Part shown: piece by piece, positions 1-9,552 of the stretch
How the letters are laid out: every line of letters starts with the position of its first letter
How positions within the stretch are numbered: the stretch's first letter is position 1
NCBI GenBank assembly: GCA_035541655.1
Contig: DATKMY010000155.1
Span: 9,398 to 73,397 of the forward strand
DNA: 64,000 nucleotides
Reading direction: 5' to 3'
Origin: Casimicrobiaceae bacterium
GTDB taxonomy: Bacteria > Pseudomonadota > Gammaproteobacteria > Burkholderiales > Casimicrobiaceae
Program-made: the position numbers and the translations under genes
The notes under the pieces: generated by a model
Seen by the model: the letters and a program-made list of their open reading frames with translations, nothing else
Database searches by the model: none
What the model was told of the DNA's origin: nothing

Positions 1-140
1 CTCGTGGCCTCTCGTCTGGCCACTCTACCGCCTTGTGACGGGCGCGTTAACAGTCCCTGAGGGCCCGGCATTCCGCCGCCCGTGAGGCGCGGCAGACAGG
101 GAGGGCGCGCATTCGCCGCGGCCCGGGCGGACGCCGGTGT

Positions 141-665
141 CTAATCCGCCGGGCCGGCCGAACCGGGGCTCGCTGCCCGTGGCGGAGACTCCCGGCGGCC
201 ATCCACCGTGCTTCGTATCGAAGCCAGCAGAAAACGATGAAAGCCGTGACAGACCGCTTCTTCGATCGCTGCCCACAGCCAGCGCGGACGCCTGGCGCCA
301 CGGTAGAGCGTCGTCACGGTGAGCTCCGTGCAGGAGCTCGAGAGCTCGCGGAGCGCGTAGCAGCCGCCGGAGAGCTGGACGCCGCCTCCGATCGCGAGGT
401 TCTGCTCGACGACCTCGAAACCGTAGTGCCGCAGTGGCTCGATCCGCGTCAGCCGCTTGCGCAGGTAGCCGTCCTCGTACGAGCACTCGACCTCGTCGCC
501 GACGTCCGTGGAGCGGCTGTCGGCTCCCGTCGGCAGCGGTAGCAGCACGCGCAGATAGAGCGGCGGCCGGGCGTCGATCTGTTCGTAGAACATCAGCGCG
601 TCCCATACGCGCTCGGGCGGGGCGGCGATTCGCGTGCGTGTGCGAACGGCAGTCGGTCCGCTCAT
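141..665 (-). CDS. SRPBCC (START/polyketide-cyclase-like fold) family protein
   Basis: Last 174 codons of track ORF 141..1559(-). The ATG at 665-663 overlaps the stop of the upstream gene (ATGA). MSGPTAVRTRTRIAAPPERVWDALMFYEQI... fits the SRPBCC N-terminal pattern as I recall it. The rest of the long ORF is Arg/Pro-rich shadow sequence. Confidence 0.7.
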   Translation of the reverse strand: MSGPTAVRTRTRIAAPPERVWDALMFYEQIDARPPLYLRVLLPLPTGADSRSTDVGDEVECSYEDGYLRKRLTRIEPLRHYGFEVVEQNLAIGGGVQLSGGCYALRELSSSCTELTVTTLYRGARRPRWLWAAIEEAVCHGFHRFLLASIRSTVDGRRESPPRAASPGSAGPAD

Positions 666-1615
666 CGCGGCTCGCCTCCCATCGGTGCACGCGAAGAAAC
701 CGCGCGCACATCGACGACGCCCCAGAGCATCGAGCGGTCCTCTTCGGAGCGATTGCTCGGGCCCTGAGTCACGGGCTCGCGAAAGCTGCGCAGAACGACC
801 ACCGCGTCGCGCGCGGCGGCATGCGCGATCGCCGCCATCAGGCGCCGCTCGTAGGCCGCGTCGGCGCCGTCCAGGATGTTGGATAGCGTGAACGCGTCGA
901 AGCTGCCCGAGGGCGCGCGTTCGAGAAAGTCGGCGGCGTCGGCGTGGACCAGCCGAATTCTCTTCGGATCGCGCGGCGGCGCTGCGTCGGGTAGCTCCCC
1001 GATCAGCAGAGATCGCGCGTAGGGGTTGGCGCGATTCGCGTGGCGAGCGAAGCAGCGCGCCATCCGCCCGCGCATCACCGCACCGAGGTGCGGCGGCAGG
1101 AACGCGAGGAACGGCGCCGCATAGACGGCGCGCAGTGCAGCGAACGAAAGCAGACCGTCGAACGCGGCGCGAAAGCGCCGGGTGTCGAGGTCGCGATGCC
1201 AGCGCGCGACCTGGGCCGCGGTGTCGTCGAGATCGACGAACGCCGAGAGCTTCGCCGCCGTCCACCCGACGGCGGGGGCAAAGCGGCGCGCGAACGCCAT
1301 GACGCGCTCCGCGACACCCCGGACGCACGGCTCTCCGGCGATGCGCCGCTCGGCGTAAGCGAGCTGGACGGCGTTCACATCGACCGCGACGACCTCGTGC
1401 TCCTCCGCGAGCTCGATCGCCGTGCAACCCGCCGAGGCGATGCAGAAGACGCGGCCGCCGGGGCGGAACGCGCGTCGTTCGACGCGTGCATCCTCGTACA
1501 TGCGGCCGAAGAGGATCCTCGCCGGACCTTCGCGGGCATCGAAGCGGCCGCGCGCCCATACGGTGCCCGCGGCAGGCAGTGACGCGGTCAACGCGGCCAG
1601 CCCGACGCGACCCAC
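662..1615 (-). CDS. DUF3419 / BtaA-like SAM-dependent (3-amino-3-carboxypropyl transferase family) protein
   Basis: Track ORF 662..1891(-). ILFGRMYEDARVE...VFCIASAGCTAIELAEEHEVVAVDVNAVQLAYAE matches the DUF3419/BtaA pattern. The start is uncertain; I chose GTG 1615-1613, which overlaps the upstream DoxX-like gene end by 28 nt. Confidence 0.6.
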   Translation of the reverse strand: MGRVGLAALTASLPAAGTVWARGRFDAREGPARILFGRMYEDARVERRAFRPGGRVFCIASAGCTAIELAEEHEVVAVDVNAVQLAYAERRIAGEPCVRGVAERVMAFARRFAPAVGWTAAKLSAFVDLDDTAAQVARWHRDLDTRRFRAAFDGLLSFAALRAVYAAPFLAFLPPHLGAVMRGRMARCFARHANRANPYARSLLIGELPDAAPPRDPKRIRLVHADAADFLERAPSGSFDAFTLSNILDGADAAYERRLMAAIAHAAARDAVVVLRSFREPVTQGPSNRSEEDRSMLWGVVDVRAVSSRAPMGGEPR

Positions 1616-2058
1616 GCGAGCGCGAGGAACGCGATGTTCTTGACGACCATGCCGGCCGGATCGTGAATCAGGTGCCTGGCCCAGACGAGGCCGTTGGCGT
1701 TCAGCGTCACGAGAAGGACCGTCTGCGCGATCGCGCACGCGCGCGGCGCGATGCCGCTCAGCACCCAGACGCCGAGGGCAACCTCGACGATGCCCAGCGC
1801 CTGCAGGAATCGCGCGCCGATCGCGCGCCCGAAACGCGGCACCGCCTCGACGACCTCGAGCTCGCGGGGCTGGCCGTGCAGCAGCTTGCACCAGAGCCCT
1901 TCGTAGATCCAGACGGCCGCCACTGCGGCGCGGATCAACCAGACTGGCGGCAGCTCGCCGGACATTGGCCGATCGTAGGCGGCGGCGGTGCGCCGGGCTT
2001 TGATGCCCGTCAACAGCCCGGCGCGAAGAATCCGCCCGAGAGCACGCGACAGCGACAC
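1588..2058 (-). CDS. DoxX-like (DoxX_2) small membrane protein
   Basis: Hydrophobic 4-TM-like sequence WLIRAAVAAVWIYEGLWCKLL...IAFLALAWVASG. An alternative start at ATG 1965 (MSGELPP) is at least as likely as 2058. Confidence 0.6.
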   Translation of the reverse strand: MSLSRALGRILRAGLLTGIKARRTAAAYDRPMSGELPPVWLIRAAVAAVWIYEGLWCKLLHGQPRELEVVEAVPRFGRAIGARFLQALGIVEVALGVWVLSGIAPRACAIAQTVLLVTLNANGLVWARHLIHDPAGMVVKNIAFLALAWVASGWPR

Positions 2059-2127
2059 GCCGCGCGCTCGGGCATTCCGGCGTTGGAAGGTCCCGCTATC
2101 CCCCGCGCCGGCCCCGCGCGAGCGGGA

Positions 2128-2727
2128 TCAGTACTTCAGCGTGCAGCCGTACGGCGTCGTGCTGGCGATCGAGACGGGCTTGCCCGCGGTCGCCTCGGTG
2201 AGCGCGGCGCGCACGTAGTTGTTCGCGATCTTCACGTCGGCGGGATTCGTCGAGCGTTTGTCGTCGATCGCGCCGTCGTAGATGATCTTGCCCGCGGGGT
2301 CGATGACGAACATGTGCGGCGTATTCTTCGCCGCATAGGCGCGCGCCGTCGCACTCGTGCCGTCGATCAGCGTGGCCTTCGGCGCGGCTTCCTGCGCCCG
2401 CATCCACTTCTCCATCTCCTCGGGGGTCTTGTACTCGCTGTGGCTCGCGTTGGTCGAGTTGATCGTCAGCCAGACGACGTCCTTCGCTCCCCATTCCTTC
2501 TGCAGCCCCTGCATGTTCTGGCTGTTGTAGTGCTTGCGCACGAACGGGCACTCGGGGTTCGTCCACTCGAGCACGACGAACTTGCCGCGGTAGTCGGCGA
2601 GCTTCACCGGCCTGCCGCTGGTGTCGGCGACCACGAAGTCGGGCGCGCGCCCGCCCGGTGCCGCAGCCGCGGGAAGCACGAAGGCGAGCGCAACACCGCT
2701 CGCCAGGATCATCGATTTGAGCCGCAT
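2128..2727 (-). CDS. secreted thioredoxin-fold redoxin (AhpC/TSA-like)
   Basis: Signal peptide MRLKSMILASGVALAFVLPAAAA, followed by FVVLEWTNPECPFVRKHY, a redoxin-type active-site region. Lies 37 nt downstream of the DsbD-like gene on the same strand. Confidence 0.8.
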   Translation of the reverse strand: MRLKSMILASGVALAFVLPAAAAPGGRAPDFVVADTSGRPVKLADYRGKFVVLEWTNPECPFVRKHYNSQNMQGLQKEWGAKDVVWLTINSTNASHSEYKTPEEMEKWMRAQEAAPKATLIDGTSATARAYAAKNTPHMFVIDPAGKIIYDGAIDDKRSTNPADVKIANNYVRAALTEATAGKPVSIASTTPYGCTLKY

Positions 2728-2763
2728 GAGAATCTCCTTTCGTCAAGCTTTCGCCGGCTCGCC

Positions 2764-4947
2764 CTACAGCGAAGCGAGCGCGTCGAGCACGGTTTGCCGC
2801 TGCAGCACTTCCGGTAGCAGCACGGGCTTCTTCCCCGGTAGATATAGAACATAAACCGGGACGCCGGTTCGGCCAAGCGCTGACAGCGCCCGGGTGATAT
2901 CGGGGTCGCGGCGCGTCCAGTCGGCACGCACCAGAGCGACGTTCTTGCGCGCGAACGCCGCGCGCACGTCCTGGGTATTGAGGACGAGGCGCTTGTTCAC
3001 CTGGCAGGTGACGCACCATGCGGCGGTAAAGTCGACGAAGACCGGCCGGCCGGATGCCGCCAGGTCGGCAACGCCCCTCGGCGTGTAGGGCTGCCATTCG
3101 CCGTCCGCAGCGGCGATGCGTCGATTCGCACCCGCCGCCGGCGAGGCGTCGGCTTCGACGGTGAGCAGCGGCCACGCGAGCGCAAGCGATCCGGCGAGTG
3201 CGGCCACGCCGGCAATTCCCCACGGGCGTGCCCCTCCGGTGCGCACGATCCGCCAGGTCCAAAGCGCGAAGCCGAGGCACAGGAGCGCGAGCAAAAGCCG
3301 CACGACCGCGTCGTTGTCGCGCTGCGCGCCGAGCACCCAGGCGAGCCAGATCACCGTCGCATAGAGCGGGAACGCGAGGACCTGCTTGAAGCGCAGCAGC
3401 CACGGCCCCGGACGCGGGAGATGCTTGCGCCAGCCGGGCAGCAGTGCGAGCGTCACAAAGGGAACTGCCATCCCGAGGCCGAGCGCGACGAAGACGACGA
3501 GCGTCACTGCCGTCGACTCGGAGATCGCATAGCCGAGCGCTGCGCCCATGAACGGCGCGGTGCACGGCGACGCGATGAGCACGGCGAGGACGCCGGAGAG
3601 CAGCGCGTCGACCGTGCGGTTCTTCGCCGTGTACTCGGCGACTCCCGACGGCGCGACCTGCCCGAACTCGAACACCCCCGACAGGTTGAGCGCCAGCACG
3701 AAGAACAGCGCGGCGAGCGCCGTGACGACGGCCGGCGACTGAAGCTGAAAACCCCATCCCAATTGCTCGCCGGCCGAGCGCAAGCCCGCAAGAACGAGGC
3801 CGAGCGCGACGAAGGTCGCGACGACTCCGCCGGCGAACGCGAAGGCTTCCTTGCGCAGCGTCGCGGGTTGGTCGTGGTGCGTCGCGAAGCCCAGGACCTT
3901 GAGCGAAAGCACCGGGAACACGCACGGCATCAGATTGAGCGCGATGCCGCCGACGAAAGCGAACGCGATGGCCACTGCGAGCGACAATCGGTTGTCGGCA
4001 GGCGAGGTCGCCGGCGCAGCGACGTCGAGCTTCGAGGCCGCTGCGAGCGCGGGCTTCGCCCCTGCGCGAATGGCGCCCGAGAGCGGTACGTCGATCGTCG
4101 CAGCGAACGTATCTGCGGAGAAGCCGTCCGCCGCCGACAGCACGCCGGCGACCCGGTTGAAGTTTCCCGCGAGGCTGTACGCGACCGGGAGCGTGAGCAG
4201 ATAGGCGTCGCCGTCGCGCTTCGTCGTCTGCGGCACGGAGGGCTCGATCCGCGATTCGGCGAACGAGAAGAAGCGAAGCGCGCCCGGGTCCTTCGCGCCC
4301 GCAGGCGGGACGAGCTTCACTTCGATCGTGGCGCCCCTGCCTTCCGCCGACGCCTTCCATCCGACCATCGGACGGGGCAGCGCGGCGCGCGCGGCAGCGA
4401 TCGGCGCGCCCCAGCGCGGATCGGGAGCCGCCTTCTTGTCGACCGGCAGTGAAAGCTCGAGATCGGCACCCTCGGGGATGCAGACCTCCTTGCAAACCAG
4501 CCAGTCGGCACGTGCGCGCAGGAGGGTGGGCGCGCCCGGCTCCAACGTCGGTTGTGCCGTCAGCGTGACGAGGTGCAGCACCTCGCCGTCGTAGCCGTAG
4601 TTGACCAGCGGGCCGGCGGGCAGCGCGCGCGGCACCGGCCACTCGATCGGCCCGGCCGTGATTCCCTCGGGCAGTTTCCACTCGAGGGTAGTCGGCAGGC
4701 CGGAGTCACCGGGATTCTGCCAATAGGTATGCCACCCCTTCTGCATCGAGAGGCGCAACGCAACCGTCAGCGTCTCGCCGGGGACCACCGCCGTTTGCGC
4801 AGCGACGAGCTCCGCCTCGACGTGCTCGGTCTTCACCGGAGTCGCGACCGCGCCCGGCGCAGGCGCGAGGGTCGCTGCAGCGACGAGCGCGGCGCTGGCG
4901 AAGGCTCTGCGGAGTACAAGTCGGGGACGAAGCATCGGCCGATCCAT
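2764..4947 (-). CDS. DsbD/ScsB-family protein-disulfide reductase (thiol:disulfide interchange protein)
   Basis: 727 aa with three modules. N-terminal periplasmic domain with the CKEVC pair. Central CcdA-like TM core with LMPCVFPVL and IASPCTAPF. C-terminal thioredoxin with AAWCVTCQVN. Confidence 0.88.
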   Translation of the reverse strand: MDRPMLRPRLVLRRAFASAALVAAATLAPAPGAVATPVKTEHVEAELVAAQTAVVPGETLTVALRLSMQKGWHTYWQNPGDSGLPTTLEWKLPEGITAGPIEWPVPRALPAGPLVNYGYDGEVLHLVTLTAQPTLEPGAPTLLRARADWLVCKEVCIPEGADLELSLPVDKKAAPDPRWGAPIAAARAALPRPMVGWKASAEGRGATIEVKLVPPAGAKDPGALRFFSFAESRIEPSVPQTTKRDGDAYLLTLPVAYSLAGNFNRVAGVLSAADGFSADTFAATIDVPLSGAIRAGAKPALAAASKLDVAAPATSPADNRLSLAVAIAFAFVGGIALNLMPCVFPVLSLKVLGFATHHDQPATLRKEAFAFAGGVVATFVALGLVLAGLRSAGEQLGWGFQLQSPAVVTALAALFFVLALNLSGVFEFGQVAPSGVAEYTAKNRTVDALLSGVLAVLIASPCTAPFMGAALGYAISESTAVTLVVFVALGLGMAVPFVTLALLPGWRKHLPRPGPWLLRFKQVLAFPLYATVIWLAWVLGAQRDNDAVVRLLLALLCLGFALWTWRIVRTGGARPWGIAGVAALAGSLALAWPLLTVEADASPAAGANRRIAAADGEWQPYTPRGVADLAASGRPVFVDFTAAWCVTCQVNKRLVLNTQDVRAAFARKNVALVRADWTRRDPDITRALSALGRTGVPVYVLYLPGKKPVLLPEVLQRQTVLDALASL

Positions 4948-4997
4948 ACGAGGTCGCCGGATTGGGCGTGGCGCGGGGCGGAAAGGTTCCCGATCCG

Positions 4998-5003
4998 TAT
5001 AAT
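4998..5003 (+). promoter_or_regulatory. candidate -10 box (TATAAT) for the GDT1-family gene
   Basis: Perfect TATAAT in cgTATAATtc, 98 nt upstream of the GTG start at 5102. No convincing -35 element. The same GTATAATTC motif recurs upstream of leuS. Confidence 0.35.
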
Positions 5004-5101
5004 TCTACGCGGGGAGAGCGGGACCCCCCGGGCGGGCCACGCCGCACCGCCGCCGGCCAGGCGCCGAAGCAGGGCGCGGTTTTCGGCTCTGTCCGCCTTC
5101 G

Positions 5102-5698
5102 GTGAACAGGCACTTCGCCTCGGCATTCCCCTTGGAAGCCTTTCTCGTTTCGATCGGCGTCGTCGCCCTCGGCGAAATCGGCGACAAGACGCAGCTGCTT
5201 GCGCTGATGCTCGCTGCACGCTTCCGCAGGCCCTGGCCGATCATTGCCGGCATCTTTGCGGCAACGCTCGCCAACCACGCGCTGGCCGGACTGGTGGGGA
5301 GCTTGCTGCGCGGACTCCTGACGCCGGAGCTGTTGCGATGGATCGTCGCGGCATCATTCTTCGCCGTCGCGATCTGGGCGCTCTCCCCCGACAAGATCGA
5401 CGACGACGCGCACCCCCCCACGAGCCGCTGGGGCGTGTTCGGCGTAACCGCGGTATCGTTCTTCCTCGCCGAGATGGGCGACAAGACGCAGATCGCCACC
5501 GCGGTGCTCGCGGCGAAGTACTCGGCCCTTCCCGCGGTCATCGCCGGTACGACGCTCGGAATGCTGATCGCCGACGTGCCGGTCGTGCTGATCGGCAACC
5601 TCTCCGCAGCGAAGCTTCCGCTCAAGGCGATTCGGATCGCTGCGGCGCTGATGTTCGTCGCGCTCGGAATCTACACGCTGCTTGCCTCGGGCGCCTGA
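5102..5698 (+). CDS. UPF0016 / GDT1 (TMEM165) family cation (Mn2+/Ca2+) exporter, MneA-like
   Basis: Two copies of the family signature E-x-G-D-K-T: ALGEIGDKTQLLAL and LAEMGDKTQIATAV. About 6 TM segments. GTG start. Confidence 0.88.
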   Translation: MNRHFASAFPLEAFLVSIGVVALGEIGDKTQLLALMLAARFRRPWPIIAGIFAATLANHALAGLVGSLLRGLLTPELLRWIVAASFFAVAIWALSPDKIDDDAHPPTSRWGVFGVTAVSFFLAEMGDKTQIATAVLAAKYSALPAVIAGTTLGMLIADVPVVLIGNLSAAKLPLKAIRIAAALMFVALGIYTLLASGA

Positions 5699-5710
5699 GG
5701 GCCTCGCCGG

Positions 5711-5716
5711 TATAAT
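5711..5716 (+). promoter_or_regulatory. candidate -10 box (TATAAT) for leuS
   Basis: ggTATAATtc, 55 nt upstream of the leuS ATG (5771). Confidence 0.4.
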
Positions 5717-5770
5717 TCGCCGTCCGCGGGTACCGTCCGCATCCGCGCTTCACCGACCACTTCGCATCCG

Positions 5771-8449
5771 ATGAAGCCCTACGCTCCCGCCGAAATCGAA
5801 GCCTCCGTGCAAGCCGAGTGGAGGACGGGCGACGTCTATCGCGCCCCAGACGGCGGCGAGCACGCCAAGTTCTATTGCGTGTCGATGCTCCCGTACCCGT
5901 CGGGCAAGCTGCACATGGGCCACGTGCGCAACTACACGATCAACGACATGATGTACCGGTTCCAGCGGATGAACGGGTACAACGTGCTGATGCCCATGGG
6001 CTGGGACGCCTTCGGCCTGCCCGCCGAGAACGCCGCGATGAAGGCCGGCGTGCCGCCCGCCAAGTGGACCTACGAGAACATCGCCTACATGAAGGGGCAG
6101 TGCAAGGCGATGGGCTGGGCGATCGACTGGTCGCGCGAGTTGGCAACCTGCGATCCCGCGTACTACAAATGGAACCAGTGGTTCTTCCTGAAGATGCTGG
6201 AGAAGGGCATCGCGTACCTGAAGACCGGCGTCGTCAACTGGGACCCGGTCGATCAGACGGTGCTCGCGAACGAGCAGGTGATCGACGGCCGCGGCTGGCG
6301 CTCCGGCGCGCCGGTCGAGAGGCGCGAGATCCCGATGTACTACCTGCGGATCACCGACTACGCCGACGAGCTTCTGGCGTGCCTCGACAGGATGCCCGGC
6401 TGGCCGGAGCGCGTGAAGACGATGCAGGCCAACTGGATCGGCAAGAGCGAAGGCGTGCGCTTCGCCTTCACGCACGACATCCGAGACGAGCGGGGTCGCC
6501 TGGTCGGCGACGGCAGGATGTACGTGTTCACCACGCGCGTCGACACGATCATGGGCGTCACGTTCTGCGCGGTCGCCGCCGAGCATCCGCTGGCTGTTCA
6601 TGCGGCGAAGTCGAATCCCGAGGTCGCCGCGTTCATCGCCGAATGCCAGCGCGGCAGCGTGATGGAAGCCGATCTCGCGACGATGGAGAAGAAGGGTGTG
6701 CCCACCGGGCTCCACCTCACGCATCCGCTCACCGGCGAGAAGATCGAGATCTGGGTCGCCAACTACGTGCTGATGAGCTATGGCGACGGCGCCGTGATGG
6801 GTGTCCCCGCGCACGACGAGCGCGATTTGGCATTCGCGCAGGCGCACGGGCTCCCGATCAAGCAGGTGCTGGAAAACGATCTGGTCTACACCGATGCGCT
6901 GCGGAAGCAACGCCCGCGCAGCGAGTATCCGGATCTGTATTTCGACGCCCGTAAACCGTGGAAATCGTGGTATGCCGATAAGACCGGAGTCACGACCATC
7001 AACTCCGGCGAGTTCGACGGCTTGACTCACGAACAGGCGGTCGAAGCAGTCGCCGCCGCGCTCGCGGCAAGGGGTCTCGGCGAGAAGAAGGTCACGTTCC
7101 GGCTCCGCGACTGGGGAATTTCGCGGCAGCGCTATTGGGGCACGCCGATCCCGATCGTCCACTGCGCGAGCTGCGGCGCCGTTCCGGTCCCGGAGAAGGA
7201 CCTCCCCGTCCTGCTCCCGGAAGACTGCGTTCCCGACGGCAGCGGCAACCCGCTCGCGAAGCGCGCCGACTTCGTGAACACGTCGTGTCCGCGCTGCGCA
7301 GCGCCGGCAAAGCGCGAGACCGACACGATGGACACGTTCGTCGACTCGTCGTGGTACTTCATGCGCTACGCGTGTCCCGACGCGCCCGCGATGGTCGACC
7401 GCCGCAACGACTACTGGAATCCGATGGACCAGTACATCGGCGGCATCACGCACGCGATCCTGCACCTCCTCTATGCGCGCTTCTGGACGAAGGTGATGCG
7501 CGACATGGGCCTCGTCCACATGGACGAGCCGTTCACGCGGCTGCTCACGCAGGGGATGGTGCTCAACCACAGCTACTTCCGGCGCACCGAGAAGGGCGGC
7601 ATCGACTACTTCCCGCCGGACGCCGTCGCAGTCGAGCATGACGCCTCCGGCCGGGTCGTCGGCGCGCATCTCAAGTCCGACGGCAAGCCGGTCGAATACG
7701 GCGGCCTCGGCACGATGTCGAAGTCGAAGCTGAACGGCGTCGATCCGCAGGACATGATCGACCGCTATGGCGCCGACGCCGCGCGGCTCTTCGTGATGTT
7801 CGCCGCGCATCCCGAGGCGACGCTCGAGTGGTCGGACGCCGGCGTCGAGGGCGCCCAGCGGTTCCTGCGCAGGATGTGGGCGTTCGGCCAGGCGCGCGAG
7901 GAACTCGTCAAGGGGGCGGCGGACGGGTACGACTGGAATCGCGCCGACGCCGCGGTGAAGGGCGCGCGGCGCGAGATCCATCTGACGCTCAAGCAGGCGA
8001 CCTACGATTACCAGCGAATCCAGTACAACACGGTCGTATCGGCGGGCATGAAGATCCTGAACGCGATCGAGGCCGTTCCCGTCGACGTCGAAGGTGCGGC
8101 TGCGTTCGCGCGCGAAGGCGCGTCGATCCTCATTCGCGTCCTCTATCCTGTCGTCCCGCACCTCGGCTGCGCGCTGTGGCAGGAGCTGGGCTTCGCGGCA
8201 AGCCAGGGGTCGCTCCTCGACGCCCCCTGGCCGCAGGTCGATCCCGCGGCGCTCGCGCAGGACGAGATCGAGCTCGTGCTCCAGGTGAACGGCAAGCTGC
8301 GAGGGAAACTGAAGGTTCCGGCCGACGCCGGCAATGCGGCGATCGAAGCCGCGGCGCGAGCGAGCCCCGAAGTGGCGAAGCACGCGGCGGGCGCTCCGGT
8401 GAAGAAGGTCGTCGTCGTGCCCGGCCGTCTCGTCAATGTCGTCGTCTGA
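5771..8449 (+). CDS. leuS: leucine--tRNA ligase
   Basis: 892 aa. Class I signatures [11 protein letters not shown] (HIGH) and [10 protein letters not shown] (KMSKS). Full-length collinear LeuS architecture. Confidence 0.97.
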   Translation: MKPYAPAEIEASVQAEWRTGDVYRAPDGGEHAKFYCVSMLPYPSGKLHMGHVRNYTINDMMYRFQRMNGYNVLMPMGWDAFGLPAENAAMKAGVPPAKWTYENIAYMKGQCKAMGWAIDWSRELATCDPAYYKWNQWFFLKMLEKGIAYLKTGVVNWDPVDQTVLANEQVIDGRGWRSGAPVERREIPMYYLRITDYADELLACLDRMPGWPERVKTMQANWIGKSEGVRFAFTHDIRDERGRLVGDGRMYVFTTRVDTIMGVTFCAVAAEHPLAVHAAKSNPEVAAFIAECQRGSVMEADLATMEKKGVPTGLHLTHPLTGEKIEIWVANYVLMSYGDGAVMGVPAHDERDLAFAQAHGLPIKQVLENDLVYTDALRKQRPRSEYPDLYFDARKPWKSWYADKTGVTTINSGEFDGLTHEQAVEAVAAALAARGLGEKKVTFRLRDWGISRQRYWGTPIPIVHCASCGAVPVPEKDLPVLLPEDCVPDGSGNPLAKRADFVNTSCPRCAAPAKRETDTMDTFVDSSWYFMRYACPDAPAMVDRRNDYWNPMDQYIGGITHAILHLLYARFWTKVMRDMGLVHMDEPFTRLLTQGMVLNHSYFRRTEKGGIDYFPPDAVAVEHDASGRVVGAHLKSDGKPVEYGGLGTMSKSKLNGVDPQDMIDRYGADAARLFVMFAAHPEATLEWSDAGVEGAQRFLRRMWAFGQAREELVKGAADGYDWNRADAAVKGARREIHLTLKQATYDYQRIQYNTVVSAGMKILNAIEAVPVDVEGAAAFAREGASILIRVLYPVVPHLGCALWQELGFAASQGSLLDAPWPQVDPAALAQDEIELVLQVNGKLRGKLKVPADAGNAAIEAAARASPEVAKHAAGAPVKKVVVVPGRLVNVVV

Positions 8450-8954
8450 GGGCGGCCGATCGGCGCGTGCGGCGCTCGCCGCCGCCGCTCTTGCGCTGGT
8501 CGTCGCCGGGGGAGGCTGCGGATTCCATCTCCGCGGCGACGTGAAATACGCGTTCTCGTCGGCGTACGTCAATGCGCCGGCCGTCTCGCCGATGGCGACG
8601 GAACTGAAGCGAACGCTCGAAGGCGGCGGAACGACGATCGCGGAAACGGCGAAGGCCGCTGAAGTGACGATCGATCTGTCCAACGTCGCCGACGGCAAGG
8701 ACGTCCTGTCGCTCTCCGGCGGCGGGCGCGTGCGCGAATACGCGCTTTCGAAGCGCGCGACGATCGCGGTTCACGACAGCGAGGGCCGCGACTGGATGCC
8801 CGCCGCGGAGATCGTCGTTCGTCGCTCCTATTCCTTCAACGAGTCGGAAGTGCTCGCGCGCGAAGCGCAGGAGGCGAAGCTCTACAGGGAAATGCAGACC
8901 GACGTCGTCCAGCAGATCATCCGCCGGCTGCAGTCTGCGAAGAAGCCCGAATAG
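8436..8954 (+). CDS. lptE: LPS-assembly lipoprotein LptE (RlpB)
   Basis: Lipobox LVVAGGGC followed by GFHLRG, the typical LptE N-terminus. The start overlaps the leuS end by 14 nt. Occupies the conserved position after leuS. Confidence 0.85.
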   Translation: MSSSEGGRSARAALAAAALALVVAGGGCGFHLRGDVKYAFSSAYVNAPAVSPMATELKRTLEGGGTTIAETAKAAEVTIDLSNVADGKDVLSLSGGGRVREYALSKRATIAVHDSEGRDWMPAAEIVVRRSYSFNESEVLAREAQEAKLYREMQTDVVQQIIRRLQSAKKPE

Positions 8955-9058
8955 CGCGAACAGAGCATATTGCGCTGGCGAGCGAATGCCATGGCGGGCG
9001 ATCGTCTCGCCACCAGGGCAGCGAAAATGCGACAATCCCATCGAATGGAGATCGAACC

Positions 9059-9499
9059 ATGAGCAAATGCGGGGGCTTTGCCTGGCGTCCTCGTCGCTTC
9101 GCCTTGAGCGCAATCACGGCGGCATCGATCGCCTATGGGGGCGCGCTGCGAGCGGACGAGATCACCGTTACGCTGAGTGGAACTCAGGAGATTCCACCGG
9201 TGACGACCGCGGCGAGCGGCACCGGCACCCTGACCGTCGGTCCGGACAAGTCGATCAGCGGCAAGTTGACCGTCACCGGAATGGCGCCGACGGTCGCTCA
9301 CATTCACGAGGGCGCGCCCGGGGCGAACGGTCCGATCATCGTGCCGTTGACCAAGGCAGCCGAAGGCACATGGGTCCTTCCGGCTGGAGTCAAGCTAACC
9401 GACGCGCAGTTCGAATCCTACCGATCGGGCAAGCTCTACTTCAACGTCCACAGTGAGGCGCACCGAAGCGGAGAGATCCGCGGCCAGATCAAGCCGTAG
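9059..9499 (+). CDS. CHRD domain-containing secreted protein
   Basis: Signal-like N-terminus, then LSGTQEIPPVTTAASGTGTLTV...AHIHEGAPGANGPIIV...LYFNVHSEAHRSGEIRGQI, the characteristic CHRD repeat pattern. Confidence 0.85.
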   Translation: MSKCGGFAWRPRRFALSAITAASIAYGGALRADEITVTLSGTQEIPPVTTAASGTGTLTVGPDKSISGKLTVTGMAPTVAHIHEGAPGANGPIIVPLTKAAEGTWVLPAGVKLTDAQFESYRSGKLYFNVHSEAHRSGEIRGQIKP

Positions 9500-9520
9500 T
9501 CACAGCGGCCATCCCGACCG

Positions 9521-9552
9521 CGAACGGGTCAGCCAACGAACGGGTCAGCCAA
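9521..9552. repeat. perfect 16-bp tandem duplication (CGAACGGGTCAGCCAA x2, plus partial CGAA)
   Basis: Read directly: 9521-9536 is identical to 9537-9552. The second copy contains the stop codon (9545-9547) of the solute-binding gene. Confidence 0.95.

Noticed and set aside
1-140. Possible tRNA or small RNA fragment at the window edge. The minus strand contains GGCGGTAGAGTGGCCAGACG, vaguely reminiscent of a D-arm.
   Set aside because: I could not build an acceptor or T-arm, there is no GTTCRANNC T-loop, and the sequence does not fit a cloverleaf. It is most likely plain 3' flanking DNA of the SRPBCC gene.
4998-5101. Possible yybP-ykoY (Mn2+) riboswitch in the leader of the UPF0016/GDT1 exporter gene. 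The predicted transcript would begin near GGGGAGAGCG, which resembles the conserved GGGGAGUAGC.
   Set aside because: I could not find the second conserved half of the motif (the UUGACAUA / AGAGACC-type segments as I recall them) or a plausible four-way junction. The leader is only about 85 nt, and the pairings I tried are in the wrong order for the known fold. A covariance-model scan (Rfam RF00080) would be needed to revive the idea.
5750-8698. Very long antisense or alternate-frame ORFs. Examples: 5750..8698(-) 982 aa; 2096..4681(-) 861 aa; 45445..48615(+) 1056 aa; 23850..26294(+) 814 aa; and the N-terminal 980 aa of 55454..58963(-).
   Set aside because: All are Arg/Ala/Gly/Pro-rich with no recognisable motifs. 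Each lies opposite or out of frame to genes with unambiguous family signatures (leuS, dsbD-like, uxaA, the FAD oxidase, the patatin autotransporter). These are stop-codon-poor shadow frames, as expected at about 70 % GC.
9521-9552. Whether the tandem repeats at 9521-9552 and 50415-50452 could be degenerate CRISPR or minisatellite arrays.
   Set aside because: Each has only two abutting copies of 16-19 bp with no spacers. There are no cas genes and no further copies in the window.
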